A stretch of 24,000 nucleotides of DNA, taken from contig JAUQWW010000062.1 of NCBI GenBank assembly GCA_030834965.1, positions 30,115-54,114 of the forward strand, given 5' to 3'. This document shows, in pieces, positions 1 through 8,420 of the stretch. The DNA comes from Gallionellaceae bacterium (GTDB lineage Bacteria > Pseudomonadota > Gammaproteobacteria > Burkholderiales > Gallionellaceae). The notes beneath the pieces are model-generated. The model had not been told where the DNA came from. It was given only the letters and a program-made list of their open reading frames with translations, and did no database searches. Positions within the stretch are counted from its first letter, which is position 1, and every line of letters begins with the position of its first letter. Made by a program: the position numbers and the translations under genes.

Positions 1-78
1 GCCGAGCAGTTGCACCACGCCGGTATTCTGTTTCCACAGGCCGTTGTGCAGAATCTCTTTGTATGGCTGGGCACTCAT
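1..78 (-). CDS. rnfE: Rnf/Rsx electron transport complex subunit E, N-terminal 26 codons only (gene runs off the window start)
   Basis: My minus-strand translation from the ATG at 78..76 gives MSAQPYKEILHNGLWKQNTGVVQLLG. This matches the E. coli RsxE N-terminal pattern GLWKNN.ALVQLLG. The ATG overlaps the rnfG TGA (ATGA at 75-78). The position after rnfG fits the canonical ABCDGE order. Confidence 0.85.
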   Translation of the reverse strand, partial: MSAQPYKEILHNGLWKQNTGVVQLLG

Positions 79-764
79 TCTTTGACCTCCTGAACTTGCA
101 CACCTGATCGGTTCCCGTTATTGGCAGAGGGGCGCGCGGCGGCAGGTGCAAATAACCGGCTGCGGTTTTCCTCGTAATAATGCAATGCCTTGTGAACGGC
201 CTTGATTATTGCGCGCGGCGAAATGGTTGCGCCAGCCATGTAGTCGAACTGGCCGCCATCCTTCTTCACGTTCCAGTCATCCTCTTTATAGCGTGCATGG
301 GAGGCGCCGTCAAACACGCTGATCCAGCGATTCCTGGCGAATTCGATGTAATCGCCCAGCCCGGGCGTTTCCTTGTGCGACACCACGCGCACGCCGGAGA
401 TGGAGGAATCTTCACGAATGGCGATAATCAGGCTGATCCTGCCGCTGTAGCCATCCGGTGCGATGGCTTCCAGCACCACTGCGGAAGGCTTGCCTTGCAG
501 CCGCGCACGATAGGCGGTGGTGGGATGATCGGTGCCGAGTTGTTTGCTGGCCTCTACAGTCACCGTGTCTGCGAGGATGTCATTATTGAACAGCGATTGC
601 GGAACAACTTGCATGATCAGCTTGAGTTTTGCCGCCTCCTCGGTTTTTACGATCAAGTCGTGCGTCAGGCTGAAGGTAGAAGCCAGCACTGCCGTGCCGA
701 TTACCGCAAAAAACAGCAGACTAAGCGCGGTCCGCACCGATGCCTTGGCAAGTGTCTTTCTCAT
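75..764 (-). CDS. rnfG: Rnf/Rsx complex subunit G (FMN-binding, membrane-anchored)
   Basis: 229-aa ORF with an N-terminal TM anchor (ALSLLFFAVIGTAVLAS) and FMN-binding-domain motifs (KETPGLGD, GATISPRA). It sits between rnfD and rnfE, with ATGA overlaps at both ends. Confidence 0.93.
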   Translation of the reverse strand: MRKTLAKASVRTALSLLFFAVIGTAVLASTFSLTHDLIVKTEEAAKLKLIMQVVPQSLFNNDILADTVTVEASKQLGTDHPTTAYRARLQGKPSAVVLEAIAPDGYSGRISLIIAIREDSSISGVRVVSHKETPGLGDYIEFARNRWISVFDGASHARYKEDDWNVKKDGGQFDYMAGATISPRAIIKAVHKALHYYEENRSRLFAPAAARPSANNGNRSGVQVQEVKE

Positions 765-1789
765 TTCTTGCCCGCCTTGTGGCCGAATACTTTGGGCTGG
801 GTATAGGCATCGATCAGCGGCACGCAGATGTTCATCAGCAGCGTGGCAAACGCCACGCCATCCGGAAAACCTCCGAACACACGGATGATGTAGGTGAGAA
901 AGCCTGCGCCCGCCGCGAAGATCAGCTTTCCCTTGGGTGTGGTCGGGCTGGTGATCGGATCGGTGAGGATGAAGAATGCCCCCAGCATGGCTGCACCCGA
1001 AAACCAGTGGAACATCGGCGTGGCATAGTGGCCGGAGTCAACCATATGAAAAATTTCCGCCGTGAGGAACAGGGTGCCCAGAAAAGCCACAGGCTGATGC
1101 CAAGTGATGATGCGGTTGGCGAACAGGTAGACGCTGCCGAGCAGGAAGCCAACTGCCACCATTTCGCTGCCGTGCCCGGCGAGGTGGCCATAGATCGGCA
1201 TAGCTGTGATTTCTTGCATGGGACGATTCATGTGCAGCTGGGTCTTCAGCGTGTCCAGCGGCGTGGCCATGGTGACGGCATCCAGCGTGAGGCCCGGTGG
1301 CAGCGCGCCGGAAAAGATGTAACGCAGCTGGTCGGCAAAACCGATTTCAGCTTGCCCCAGCCCAAGCGGCGACAGCCAGTGCGTCATATGCAGCGGGAAC
1401 GAGATGATCAGCACCGCATAGCCGATCATTGCAGGGTTGAACGGGTTGCTGCCCAACCCGCCGTACAGGTGTTTGGCGATGCTGATCGCGAACATTGTGC
1501 CCACCACGACCAGCCACCATGGCGCCAGCGGCGGGATGGACAGCGCCAGCAGCCAGGCGGTGAGCAATGCGCTGTTGTCGCTCAGAAAAGGCTTGATGGG
1601 GCGGTTGCGCAGCTTGAGCATGACCGCTTCGGTGGCCAGTGCGGTGACGCTCGCCAGCGCCAGCGACACCAGGATGGCCGGGCCGTAAAACCAGACATAC
1701 AGCGCAATGCCGGGCACCAGCGCCAGCAATACCTTGAACATGATTGCCGAGACGCTGGTGGATCGGGTGATAAAGGGTGAGGAAGGCAT
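761..1789 (-). CDS. rnfD: Rnf/Rsx complex subunit D (polytopic membrane, NqrB-like)
   Basis: 342-aa ORF that aligns by eye along its length with E. coli RsxD (SDNSALLTAWLLALSIPPLAPWW, LYGGLGSNPFNPAMIGY). Confidence 0.95.
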   Translation of the reverse strand: MPSSPFITRSTSVSAIMFKVLLALVPGIALYVWFYGPAILVSLALASVTALATEAVMLKLRNRPIKPFLSDNSALLTAWLLALSIPPLAPWWLVVVGTMFAISIAKHLYGGLGSNPFNPAMIGYAVLIISFPLHMTHWLSPLGLGQAEIGFADQLRYIFSGALPPGLTLDAVTMATPLDTLKTQLHMNRPMQEITAMPIYGHLAGHGSEMVAVGFLLGSVYLFANRIITWHQPVAFLGTLFLTAEIFHMVDSGHYATPMFHWFSGAAMLGAFFILTDPITSPTTPKGKLIFAAGAGFLTYIIRVFGGFPDGVAFATLLMNICVPLIDAYTQPKVFGHKAGKK

Positions 1790-1795
1790 GGCGTC

Positions 1796-3505
1796 TTATT
1801 GTTGTTCCTGTTGTTGCTTGGCGTCTGCATGCGCGATCTCGCGTATGTCGGCGCGGCGTGCTTCGATTTCGGCCATCTCGGCCAGCTGCTGCGGCGTAAG
1901 AATGTCCGTGTCCTTTTCCTTGGATGCGGCGGCCTGTTCCTTGGCGCGGTCGATCGCGGCCTGGATGCGTGACTGTGTGGCTCCATCCGCTGCAGATTCA
2001 GCTGCGGCCGGTGCAGGCTGAACTGCGGCGGGCGCGCTGTCGGTTGCAGGGGCGACAGCTGCAGCCGCTTTGGCAGCAAGTGCAGCCTTTTCCTTCTGGG
2101 CCAATTTTTCGGCTTTCTCCTGTTTTTCGCGCTCGATGCGCAGCAGTCGGAACTCGTGCCGTTCGCGTGCCGCGTCGGCAGCGCGCTTCTCGCGTTCGCG
2201 CGCCCAGATCTCGCTCTTGGCAAAGCGGAAATACTGCACCAGCGGGATGTGGCTGGGGCACACATAATTGCAGGCACCACACTCGATGCAGTCAAACAAA
2301 TTGTATTCCTGCGCCTTGCCGAAATTCGTCGACTTGGCGAACCAGTGCAGTTCCTGTGGCTGTAATTCTGCGGGACAGACGTCGACGCAGCGCGTGCAGC
2401 GTATGCACGGCATTGCGGCAGGCGGCGGCGGGAAAAGCTGTGCCGATTCGACGATGATGCAATTGGTAGCTTTCACGACAGGCAATTGGCCGTTGCTGAC
2501 ATGCAGGCCCATCATCGGGCCGCCCAGAATGAAGCCGTTTGAACCCGGCAGCGCACCGCCCGCGAATTTCACCAGTTCCTCCACCGGAGTACCGATCAGC
2601 ACCTCGAAATTCTGCGGCGTGCGCACGCTGCCGGTGACGGTGATCAGCCGCGAAATCATCGGCTCGCCGTGGTTGACCAGGCGGTGTATCGCATAGGCGG
2701 TCGCCACGTTGCTGCATGAAACGCCGACGTTGAGCGGGCGTACGCCGGAAGGGACTTCCTTGCCGGTGAGCACCTTGATCAGTTGCTTTTCGCCGCCTGT
2801 GGGGTAAAGCGTGGGCACCGTGATAATTTGGATATCCGTCCCGGTACAGGCTTGCCGCATGGCGGCGATGGCCTGCGGCTTGTTGTCCTCGATGCCGACC
2901 AGCGTTTCGGCCGGATTCACCAGATAGCGCAGGATTTCGATGCCCTGCACAATTTCTGCCGCGCGTTCGCGCATCAGGCGGTCATCGGTGGTGATCCAGG
3001 GCTCGCACTCCGCGCCATTCAGCACCAGCGTCTCGACAGTCTGTGCCGGATTGATACTGAGTTTTACATGGGTAGGAAAGGTCGCGCCGCCCAGGCCGAC
3101 GATTCCGGCACCCTGCAACTTTGCCAGCAATTCCGCCCTGGGCATGGCGCGATAGTCGAGGGGAGCGTGCTCGATCCAGCGCTCTTCTCCATCAGGCTCA
3201 ATGGTTACGCACAGGTCGGGCAGGCCGGAAGGGTGCGGCACTGCGTGTAAATCCACGGACAGAACCGTACCCGATGTGGGCGCATGGACTGCTGCGCTCA
3301 CCATGCCGTCGGCGCGGGCAAGCATCTGGCCTTTCAATACCTTGTCGCCCGCCTGCACGATGGCCTTGGTCTTGGCGCCGATGTGTTGCTGCAACGGCAC
3401 GATCAGGCGTGACGGCAACGGCGCGCGTGCGGAGGGGCGCTCGGACGATTCCAGTTTGTGTTCATCCGGGTGGATGCCGCCGTGGAAATGGAAGAGCATG
3501 CTCAT
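1796..3505 (-). CDS. rnfC: Rnf/Rsx complex subunit C (NADH-binding, 2x[4Fe-4S]) with a low-complexity Ala/Glu/Lys/Gln C-terminal tail
   Basis: 569-aa ORF with GGIHP near the N-terminus, [28 protein letters not shown], and two ferredoxin Cys clusters ([24 protein letters not shown]). The C-terminal ~130 aa are a charged, Ala-rich tail, as in E. coli RsxC. Confidence 0.95.
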   Translation of the reverse strand: MSMLFHFHGGIHPDEHKLESSERPSARAPLPSRLIVPLQQHIGAKTKAIVQAGDKVLKGQMLARADGMVSAAVHAPTSGTVLSVDLHAVPHPSGLPDLCVTIEPDGEERWIEHAPLDYRAMPRAELLAKLQGAGIVGLGGATFPTHVKLSINPAQTVETLVLNGAECEPWITTDDRLMRERAAEIVQGIEILRYLVNPAETLVGIEDNKPQAIAAMRQACTGTDIQIITVPTLYPTGGEKQLIKVLTGKEVPSGVRPLNVGVSCSNVATAYAIHRLVNHGEPMISRLITVTGSVRTPQNFEVLIGTPVEELVKFAGGALPGSNGFILGGPMMGLHVSNGQLPVVKATNCIIVESAQLFPPPPAAMPCIRCTRCVDVCPAELQPQELHWFAKSTNFGKAQEYNLFDCIECGACNYVCPSHIPLVQYFRFAKSEIWAREREKRAADAARERHEFRLLRIEREKQEKAEKLAQKEKAALAAKAAAAVAPATDSAPAAVQPAPAAAESAADGATQSRIQAAIDRAKEQAAASKEKDTDILTPQQLAEMAEIEARRADIREIAHADAKQQQEQQ

Positions 3506-4056
3506 TTCTCCGATGCCACCTTGTCATTAACCGGATATTGCCACTTCCAGGTCTGGGCCGTCTCCGGCAGCGTAACCATGCTGATACAGTTGACCGGGCA
3601 GGGCGCCACGCACAGCTCGCAGCCGGTGCACTCCGCCGCAATGATGGTGTGCATCTGTTTGGCCGCTCCGGCGATCGCGTCTACCGGGCAGGCCTGAATG
3701 CACAGCGTGCAGCCGATGCAGACGTTCTCGTCAATAAACGCCACCGCCTTGGCCTTCGGCGCAGCAGTATCTTCGCCGAAAGGTTTGAACTCCATGCCAA
3801 GCAGGTCTGCCAGCTTGCGGATGCCTTCTTCTCCGCCCGGCGGGCAGCGGTTGATGTCCGCTTCTCTGGAGGCAATCGCCTCGGCATAAGGGCGGCAGCC
3901 GGGGTAGCCGCACTGGCCGCATTGCGTCTGCGGCAGGATGGCGTCGATTTTCTCCACCAGCGGGTTGCCTTCGACCTTGAACTTGACCGCGGAGAAACCG
4001 AGCACCGCGCCGAGTACGATGGCAATGCCTGACATCACCAGAAGCGCGGTCAGCAT
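3502..4056 (-). CDS. rnfB: Rnf/Rsx complex subunit B (ferredoxin-like, polyferredoxin)
   Basis: From the internal ATG at 4056 the protein [21 protein letters not shown]...[28 protein letters not shown] aligns from residue 1 with E. coli RsxB. It has two CxxCxxCxxxCP motifs. The 28 extra codons in the track ORF (to 4140) translate a palindromic repeat (PLPEGEGD) and were dropped. There is no good SD before 4056, so the start is slightly uncertain. Confidence 0.9.
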   Translation of the reverse strand: MLTALLVMSGIAIVLGAVLGFSAVKFKVEGNPLVEKIDAILPQTQCGQCGYPGCRPYAEAIASREADINRCPPGGEEGIRKLADLLGMEFKPFGEDTAAPKAKAVAFIDENVCIGCTLCIQACPVDAIAGAAKQMHTIIAAECTGCELCVAPCPVNCISMVTLPETAQTWKWQYPVNDKVASEK

Positions 4057-4096
4057 GGCAACGTATCTAACGTGAAACTCGCGTAGCGAATCATTG

Positions 4097-4245
4097 TCTC
4101 CCTCGCCCTCCGGGAGAGGGATGGGGAGATAACCAGCCACTTAGCAATCGTATTTGGATTGCTTAGTGGAATGGCTAGTAGTTCCACCAGGGAAACGGGC
4201 ATGTCAGATTTCATCATCAAGGGTTGCAAAATTGCCATGCCCGTT
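4097..4245 (-). repeat. Three consecutive stem-loops / palindromic (REP-like) elements inside the rnfA-rnfB spacer
   Basis: (a) 4097-4129: TCTCCCT..CCCTC / GAGGG..GGGGAGA, 7 bp + 5 bp stem with a 2x2 internal loop. (b) 4137-4169: CCACTTAGCAATC / GATTGCTTAGTGG, 13 positions with one T-T mismatch and a 7-nt loop. (c) AACGGGCATG (4194-4203) and CATGCCCGTT (4236-4245), a perfect 10-bp inverted repeat with 32 nt between the arms. Confidence 0.7.
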
Positions 4246-4273
4246 AGAGGGAGGAATGCGGTGCGCTGCGGCA

Positions 4274-4849
4274 TTACCTGACCAGCCCGGAGAAGCCCAT
4301 GAAGGAAAGGCTCATCAGGCCGCCCGTGACCATCGCGATGGCCGAGCCCTTGAATATGCCGGGCACATCCGCCCCCTCGAGCCGCTCGCGTATGCCAGCA
4401 AACAGGATCATGACCAGCGTGAAGCCGAGCGCGCCGCCCATGCCGAAGAACAGCGATTCCATGAAATTGTGCCCCTCCTGCACGTTGAGCAACGGGATGC
4501 CAAGTACCGCGCAGTTGGTGGTGATCAGCGGCAGGTAGATGCCCAGTACCTGGTACAGGGCAGGGCTGGTCTTTTGCACCACCAGTTCGGTGAATTGCAC
4601 GATGCCGGCGATGACCACGATGAACGACAGTGTGGTGAGATATTCCAGTTCCGGGCCGAGCAGGTATTCATGGATGAGGTAGCTGGCGCCGGAGCCCAGC
4701 GTCAGCACGAAGGTGGTGGCGGCGCCCATGCCTACGGCGGCCTCCAGCTTCTTGGAAACCCCCATGAAGGGGCACAGCCCGAGTATCTTCACCATCACGA
4801 TGTTGTTGACGAGCACCGTGCTGATCAGAATGAGTAGGTAATTGGTCAT
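4274..4849 (-). CDS. rnfA: Rnf/Rsx complex subunit A (polytopic membrane, NqrE-like)
   Basis: 191-aa hydrophobic ORF: [32 protein letters not shown]..., [16 protein letters not shown]. It is the first gene of the rnfABCDGE order. Confidence 0.95.
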   Translation of the reverse strand: MTNYLLILISTVLVNNIVMVKILGLCPFMGVSKKLEAAVGMGAATTFVLTLGSGASYLIHEYLLGPELEYLTTLSFIVVIAGIVQFTELVVQKTSPALYQVLGIYLPLITTNCAVLGIPLLNVQEGHNFMESLFFGMGGALGFTLVMILFAGIRERLEGADVPGIFKGSAIAMVTGGLMSLSFMGFSGLVR

Positions 4850-5230
4850 GCCCTGCCGCCTTATATAAGGGGCGGATTATCGCCCGTTTCATATGTGGCT
4901 TCAACCACACGCGGATTATATGAATATGCCAAAAAGGAACATCGGCGGCGAGCGCATCAAGTCTGCATGCAATATGCGGCGCACGTTGTGATGACTTTGA
5001 GGCATGCGGATGCCTGGCATGCATACCGGCTTGGGGATGCGCCTGCACGGTTGATGGCCATGGCATTTCGGCTCATGCGGAAAGGTTGCATGCCCTTGTT
5101 GTGGTGTCTTGAGGGAGACAGCTTCCTGGCGCAGCAGACTGAGATATTCTGTGCGCCAGCTTGCTGGAGGTGATGCCTATGCGGGTGCCCGGGTCGACCC
5201 CACTAATGCAGGTCGAGTTATTTCCTGGGT

Positions 5231-5629
5231 TCAGTTGTCCTTGGCTCCCTGATCTATCCATCTCTTGATGAGATTGATATGTGCCTTGGATAAGGTTCCG
5301 TTAATCCCCCATGGCATCCTGAGTGCAGGAGAGGTGCGTCCTTCGATGCCCACAACCAGTGCACTGGTAAAGCTGTCGCCAGGTTTGATCACCGGCCCAT
5401 ATTTGGTGCCCTTCATCAAGTTTTCATAGGTGCTCAGGTCGAGGCCGCTTTTTACATACCCTTTCCCACCGGGAATATGGCAATTCAGGCAATAGTCATG
5501 AAAGATCGGCTGAATATCTTCTTTGAAGCTGACTTCTTTCTTGGGGACATAGGCCGGAGGTACCTGCGCGAAGGCAGAAGATGAAAGTACCGCAAAAATA
5601 ATACCGCTCATCAAGATTCCGGTTTTCAT
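5231..5629 (-). CDS. Small secreted monoheme c-type cytochrome, PSCyt1 (planctomycete cytochrome c)-like domain
   Basis: Start chosen at the internal ATG at 5629 (MKTGILMSGIIFAVLSSSAFA|QV is a signal peptide; AAGGGA lies upstream). It has a single CLNCH heme motif. The spacing IQPIF..C..CH...G.L.L......KG...GP.I.PG....S.L...MP...L....I..I..WI..GA fits my memory of the PSCyt1 domain. The gene is visibly more A/T-rich than its neighbours. Confidence 0.75.
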   Translation of the reverse strand: MKTGILMSGIIFAVLSSSAFAQVPPAYVPKKEVSFKEDIQPIFHDYCLNCHIPGGKGYVKSGLDLSTYENLMKGTKYGPVIKPGDSFTSALVVGIEGRTSPALRMPWGINGTLSKAHINLIKRWIDQGAKDN

Positions 5630-5825
5630 AATTATTTTTCCCTTTCGTATCAAAAAATATCTACCGATGAATTCCCGCTCGGTCACAAACACTCTGACCA
5701 TAGAGATTCTGAGACGTTCGTGCCTTTAGCATTTTATTGATGTGGCAGCCATGCTACTACAATAAATGTTCGAGGTATATCGGGCCAACGGGTCGGCTAT
5801 TACGAGCTAACCGAGCTGCCTACGG

Positions 5826-5831
5826 TATAAT
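5826..5831 (+). promoter_or_regulatory. Candidate -10 box (TATAAT) for maeB
   Basis: A perfect TATAAT lies 42 nt upstream of the maeB ATG, and a GAGGA SD sits at 5861-5865. I found no convincing -35 at 16-18 nt spacing. Confidence 0.3.
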
Positions 5832-5872
5832 CCGGCGCAGACGATTGATCGAGAAATCCCCTGAGGAAACAC

Positions 5873-8143
5873 ATGGACCAGCAATTGCGCGAAGATGCTC
5901 TGCAATACCACCGCCTGCCCGTGGCAGGCAAAATTTCAGTCGTGCCGAGCAAGCCGATGATGACCCAGCGCGACCTGGCACTGGCCTATTCCCCCGGAGT
6001 GGCGGCGGCATGCGAAGCCATCGTGAATGATCCGGGCGAGGCGCGCAGTCTCACCGCGCGCGGCAACCTGGTGGCGGTGATCACCAATGGCACGGCAGTG
6101 CTGGGGCTGGGCGCGATCGGCCCGCTGGCGTCCAAGCCGGTGATGGAAGGCAAGGGCGTGCTGTTCAAGAAGTTTGCCGGCATTGATGTGTTCGACATCG
6201 AGATTGACGAGCGCGATCCGGACAAACTGGTGGATGTCATCGCTGCGCTTGAGCCAACCTTCGGCGGCATCAATCTGGAAGACATCAAGGCGCCGGAGTG
6301 TTTCTACATCGAGCGCAAGCTGCGCGAACGCATGAAAATTCCGGTATTCCACGACGATCAGCATGGCACCGCCATCATCGTCGGCGCGGCGTTGCTGAAC
6401 GGCCTCAAGGTGGTTGGCAAGAAAATTGACGAGATCAGGCTGGTGGCGTCCGGTGCGGGCGCGGCGGCGCTGGCCTGCCTGGACATGCTGGTCAGCCTCG
6501 GGGTGCGCCGGGAGAACATCATCGTCACCGACATCAAGGGTGTGGTGTATCAGGGGCGCACCGAGGAGATGGACGACAACAAGGCGCGCTACGCGGTGGC
6601 AACTGCTGCGCGCACGCTGGCCGAAGTCATCGGTGCTGCGGATGTGTTTCTCGGTCTGTCCGCAGGCGGTGTGCTGAAGCCGGAAATGGTCAAGCAGATG
6701 GCGGACAAGCCGCTGATTTTTGCGCTGGCCAATCCCACGCCGGAAATTCTGCCGGAACAGGCCAAGGCGGTGCGTCCGGATGCCATCCTGGCGACGGGCC
6801 GTTCGGACTATCCCAACCAGGTCAACAACGCGCTGTGCTTTCCTTACATTTTCCGCGGTGCGCTGGATGTCGGCGCGAACACCATCAACGAAGAGATGAA
6901 GCGCGCCGCGGTGCATGCCATCGCCGAACTGGCCGAGGCCGAACAGTCGCACGCGGTGGCGGCGGTGTATGGCGAGGAGACGTTGAGCTTCGGCGCGGAG
7001 TTCTTGATACCCAAGCCGTTTGATCCGCGCCTGATCACCCAGATTGCGCCTGCGGTAGCGCAGGCCGCAATGGATAGCGGCGTGGCGAGCCGGCCCATTA
7101 CCGACATGGAGGCTTACCGCGAGCAGTTGACGCATTTCATTTATCAGTCCGGTTTGTTGATGAAGCCGGTGTTCGATCTGGCCAAGAAGGCGCCGCAGCG
7201 CCTGGTGTATGCCGAGGGCGAGGATGAGCGCGTGCTGCACGCGGTGCAGGTAGTAGTTGACGAAGGTCTGGCGCGCCCCATATTGATTGGACGCCCGACC
7301 GTGGTGGAGCATCGCATCCAGACGCTGGGGCTGCGCATCCGGGCGGGCGAACATTTCGAACTGGTGAACCCGGAAAGCGATCCGCGCTACCGTGCGTACT
7401 GGATGGAGTACCATGGTCTGATGGAGCGTAGCGGCGTGACTCCGGAATACGCCAGGCGAGAAATGCGCCGCCACAACACGCTGATCGGCGCGATGCTGAT
7501 ACGCATGGGCGCGGCAGATGCGATGCTGTGCGGCACGAATTCGCAGCCGAGCAACCACCTGCGTTATACCAGAGAGGTGCTCGGTCTGCGCCCCGGAGCA
7601 AGCATCTTTGCGGCGATGAATATTTTGCTGATGTCTGAACAGCCATTGTTTATCTGCGATACGCATGTCAATCTCGACCCCACTGCCGAGCAGGTGGCCG
7701 AGATGACGCTGCTGGCCGCTGAGGAGGTGCGCCGTTTCGGCATTACTCCCAAGGTGGCATTGCTGTCGCACTCCAACTTTGGCAGCTTCGACGATGCGTC
7801 CGCGCGCAAGATGAGCCGCGCGCGCGAACTGCTGGAACATCTGGCGCCGGAACTGGAAGTGGAAGGCGAGATGCATGGCGATGCCGCTATTTCGGAAAAG
7901 CTGCGACTGCAGATTTTTCCTAACTCACGCTTGAAAGGCGCAGCTAATTTGCTCATCATGCCGAATCTGGATGCAGCGAACATTTCCTTCAACCTGCTCA
8001 AGATCATTGCGGGAGAAGGCATTACCATAGGCCCCATTCTGCTGGGCACTGCGAAATCCGTTCATATCCTCACACCGACCGCGACGGTGCGCCGCATTGT
8101 GAACATGAGCGCGCTGGCAGTGGCAGGCGTCAAAACTCACTAA
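5873..8143 (+). CDS. maeB: NADP-dependent malic enzyme (malic enzyme domain + C-terminal phosphotransacetylase-like domain)
   Basis: 756-aa ORF. The N-terminus [44 protein letters not shown] is nearly collinear with E. coli MaeB. It has a Rossmann motif ([10 protein letters not shown]) and a PTA-like C-terminal half. Confidence 0.95.
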   Translation: MDQQLREDALQYHRLPVAGKISVVPSKPMMTQRDLALAYSPGVAAACEAIVNDPGEARSLTARGNLVAVITNGTAVLGLGAIGPLASKPVMEGKGVLFKKFAGIDVFDIEIDERDPDKLVDVIAALEPTFGGINLEDIKAPECFYIERKLRERMKIPVFHDDQHGTAIIVGAALLNGLKVVGKKIDEIRLVASGAGAAALACLDMLVSLGVRRENIIVTDIKGVVYQGRTEEMDDNKARYAVATAARTLAEVIGAADVFLGLSAGGVLKPEMVKQMADKPLIFALANPTPEILPEQAKAVRPDAILATGRSDYPNQVNNALCFPYIFRGALDVGANTINEEMKRAAVHAIAELAEAEQSHAVAAVYGEETLSFGAEFLIPKPFDPRLITQIAPAVAQAAMDSGVASRPITDMEAYREQLTHFIYQSGLLMKPVFDLAKKAPQRLVYAEGEDERVLHAVQVVVDEGLARPILIGRPTVVEHRIQTLGLRIRAGEHFELVNPESDPRYRAYWMEYHGLMERSGVTPEYARREMRRHNTLIGAMLIRMGAADAMLCGTNSQPSNHLRYTREVLGLRPGASIFAAMNILLMSEQPLFICDTHVNLDPTAEQVAEMTLLAAEEVRRFGITPKVALLSHSNFGSFDDASARKMSRARELLEHLAPELEVEGEMHGDAAISEKLRLQIFPNSRLKGAANLLIMPNLDAANISFNLLKIIAGEGITIGPILLGTAKSVHILTPTATVRRIVNMSALAVAGVKTH

Positions 8144-8153
8144 AGGAAATGCT

Positions 8154-8420
8154 ATGCCGGATCAGTTGAACAAACAGGAAATCTCCATGCTGCGCGATGA
8201 GCTGGAAATGCTGATGAATGAACGCACCGGCTTGCTGAAGGTGGCAGGTGCGGCGGCCGTTCTGGTTGCCAATACAGACGGCCGTGATTTGCCGCCGGAA
8301 GCGATGGAGGCCGCGGATATGCTGTCGACGCTGGTCAACGAGCTGTCCGAGGAAACGCTGCGCGACGCGCTCGAGAGCGTGCACGCCGAGGGCGGACTGG
8401 GCGACCCGGAAAGCACTTGA
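8154..8420 (+). CDS. Hypothetical small acidic protein (88 aa), translationally coupled to the patatin gene
   Basis: An AAGGAA SD lies 6 nt upstream. The composition is acidic and helical (EISMLRDELEMLMNE...). The stop TGA (8418-8420) shares its A with the downstream ATG (TGATG). I recognise no domain. Confidence 0.6.
   Translation: MPDQLNKQEISMLRDELEMLMNERTGLLKVAGAAAVLVANTDGRDLPPEAMEAADMLSTLVNELSEETLRDALESVHAEGGLGDPEST

Noticed and set aside
4057-4140. 28-codon N-terminal extension of rnfB in the ORF track ([28 protein letters not shown]).
   Set aside because: The extension translates the palindromic REP-like hairpin at 4097-4129. RsxB homology begins exactly at the internal Met (4056).
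4050-4274. 74-aa minus-strand ORF filling the rnfA-rnfB spacer.
   Set aside because: It overlaps the three hairpins, has no SD and has no recognisable features. The structured-RNA interpretation explains the region better.
4850-5230. Sigma54 (-24 GG / -12 GC) promoter, FNR box (TTGAT-N4-ATCAA) or small ORFs (4895-5173+, 5073-5261-) upstream of rnfA.
   Set aside because: There are only partial matches. The spacing is off by one in GGCATCCGCATGC, and TTGATGGCCATGGC has only one good half-site. The ORFs lack SDs and look non-coding.
5630-5701. Longer start (156 aa) for the cytochrome c gene.
   Set aside because: The 24 extra residues precede a textbook signal peptide beginning at the internal Met and run into the A/T-rich promoter region.
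5936-7876. 646-aa minus-strand ORF antisense to maeB. Similar long antisense ORFs occur at 740-1780(+), 8720-9601(-), 9517-10416(-), 12676-14001(-), 13998-15071(-), 16743-17654(-), 18197-18988(-) and 18989-19969(-).
   Set aside because: All lie opposite genes with unmistakable homology. Their products are Arg/His/Gln/Ala-rich with no recognisable motifs. Such shadow ORFs are expected in GC-rich DNA because stop codons are rare on the antisense strand.
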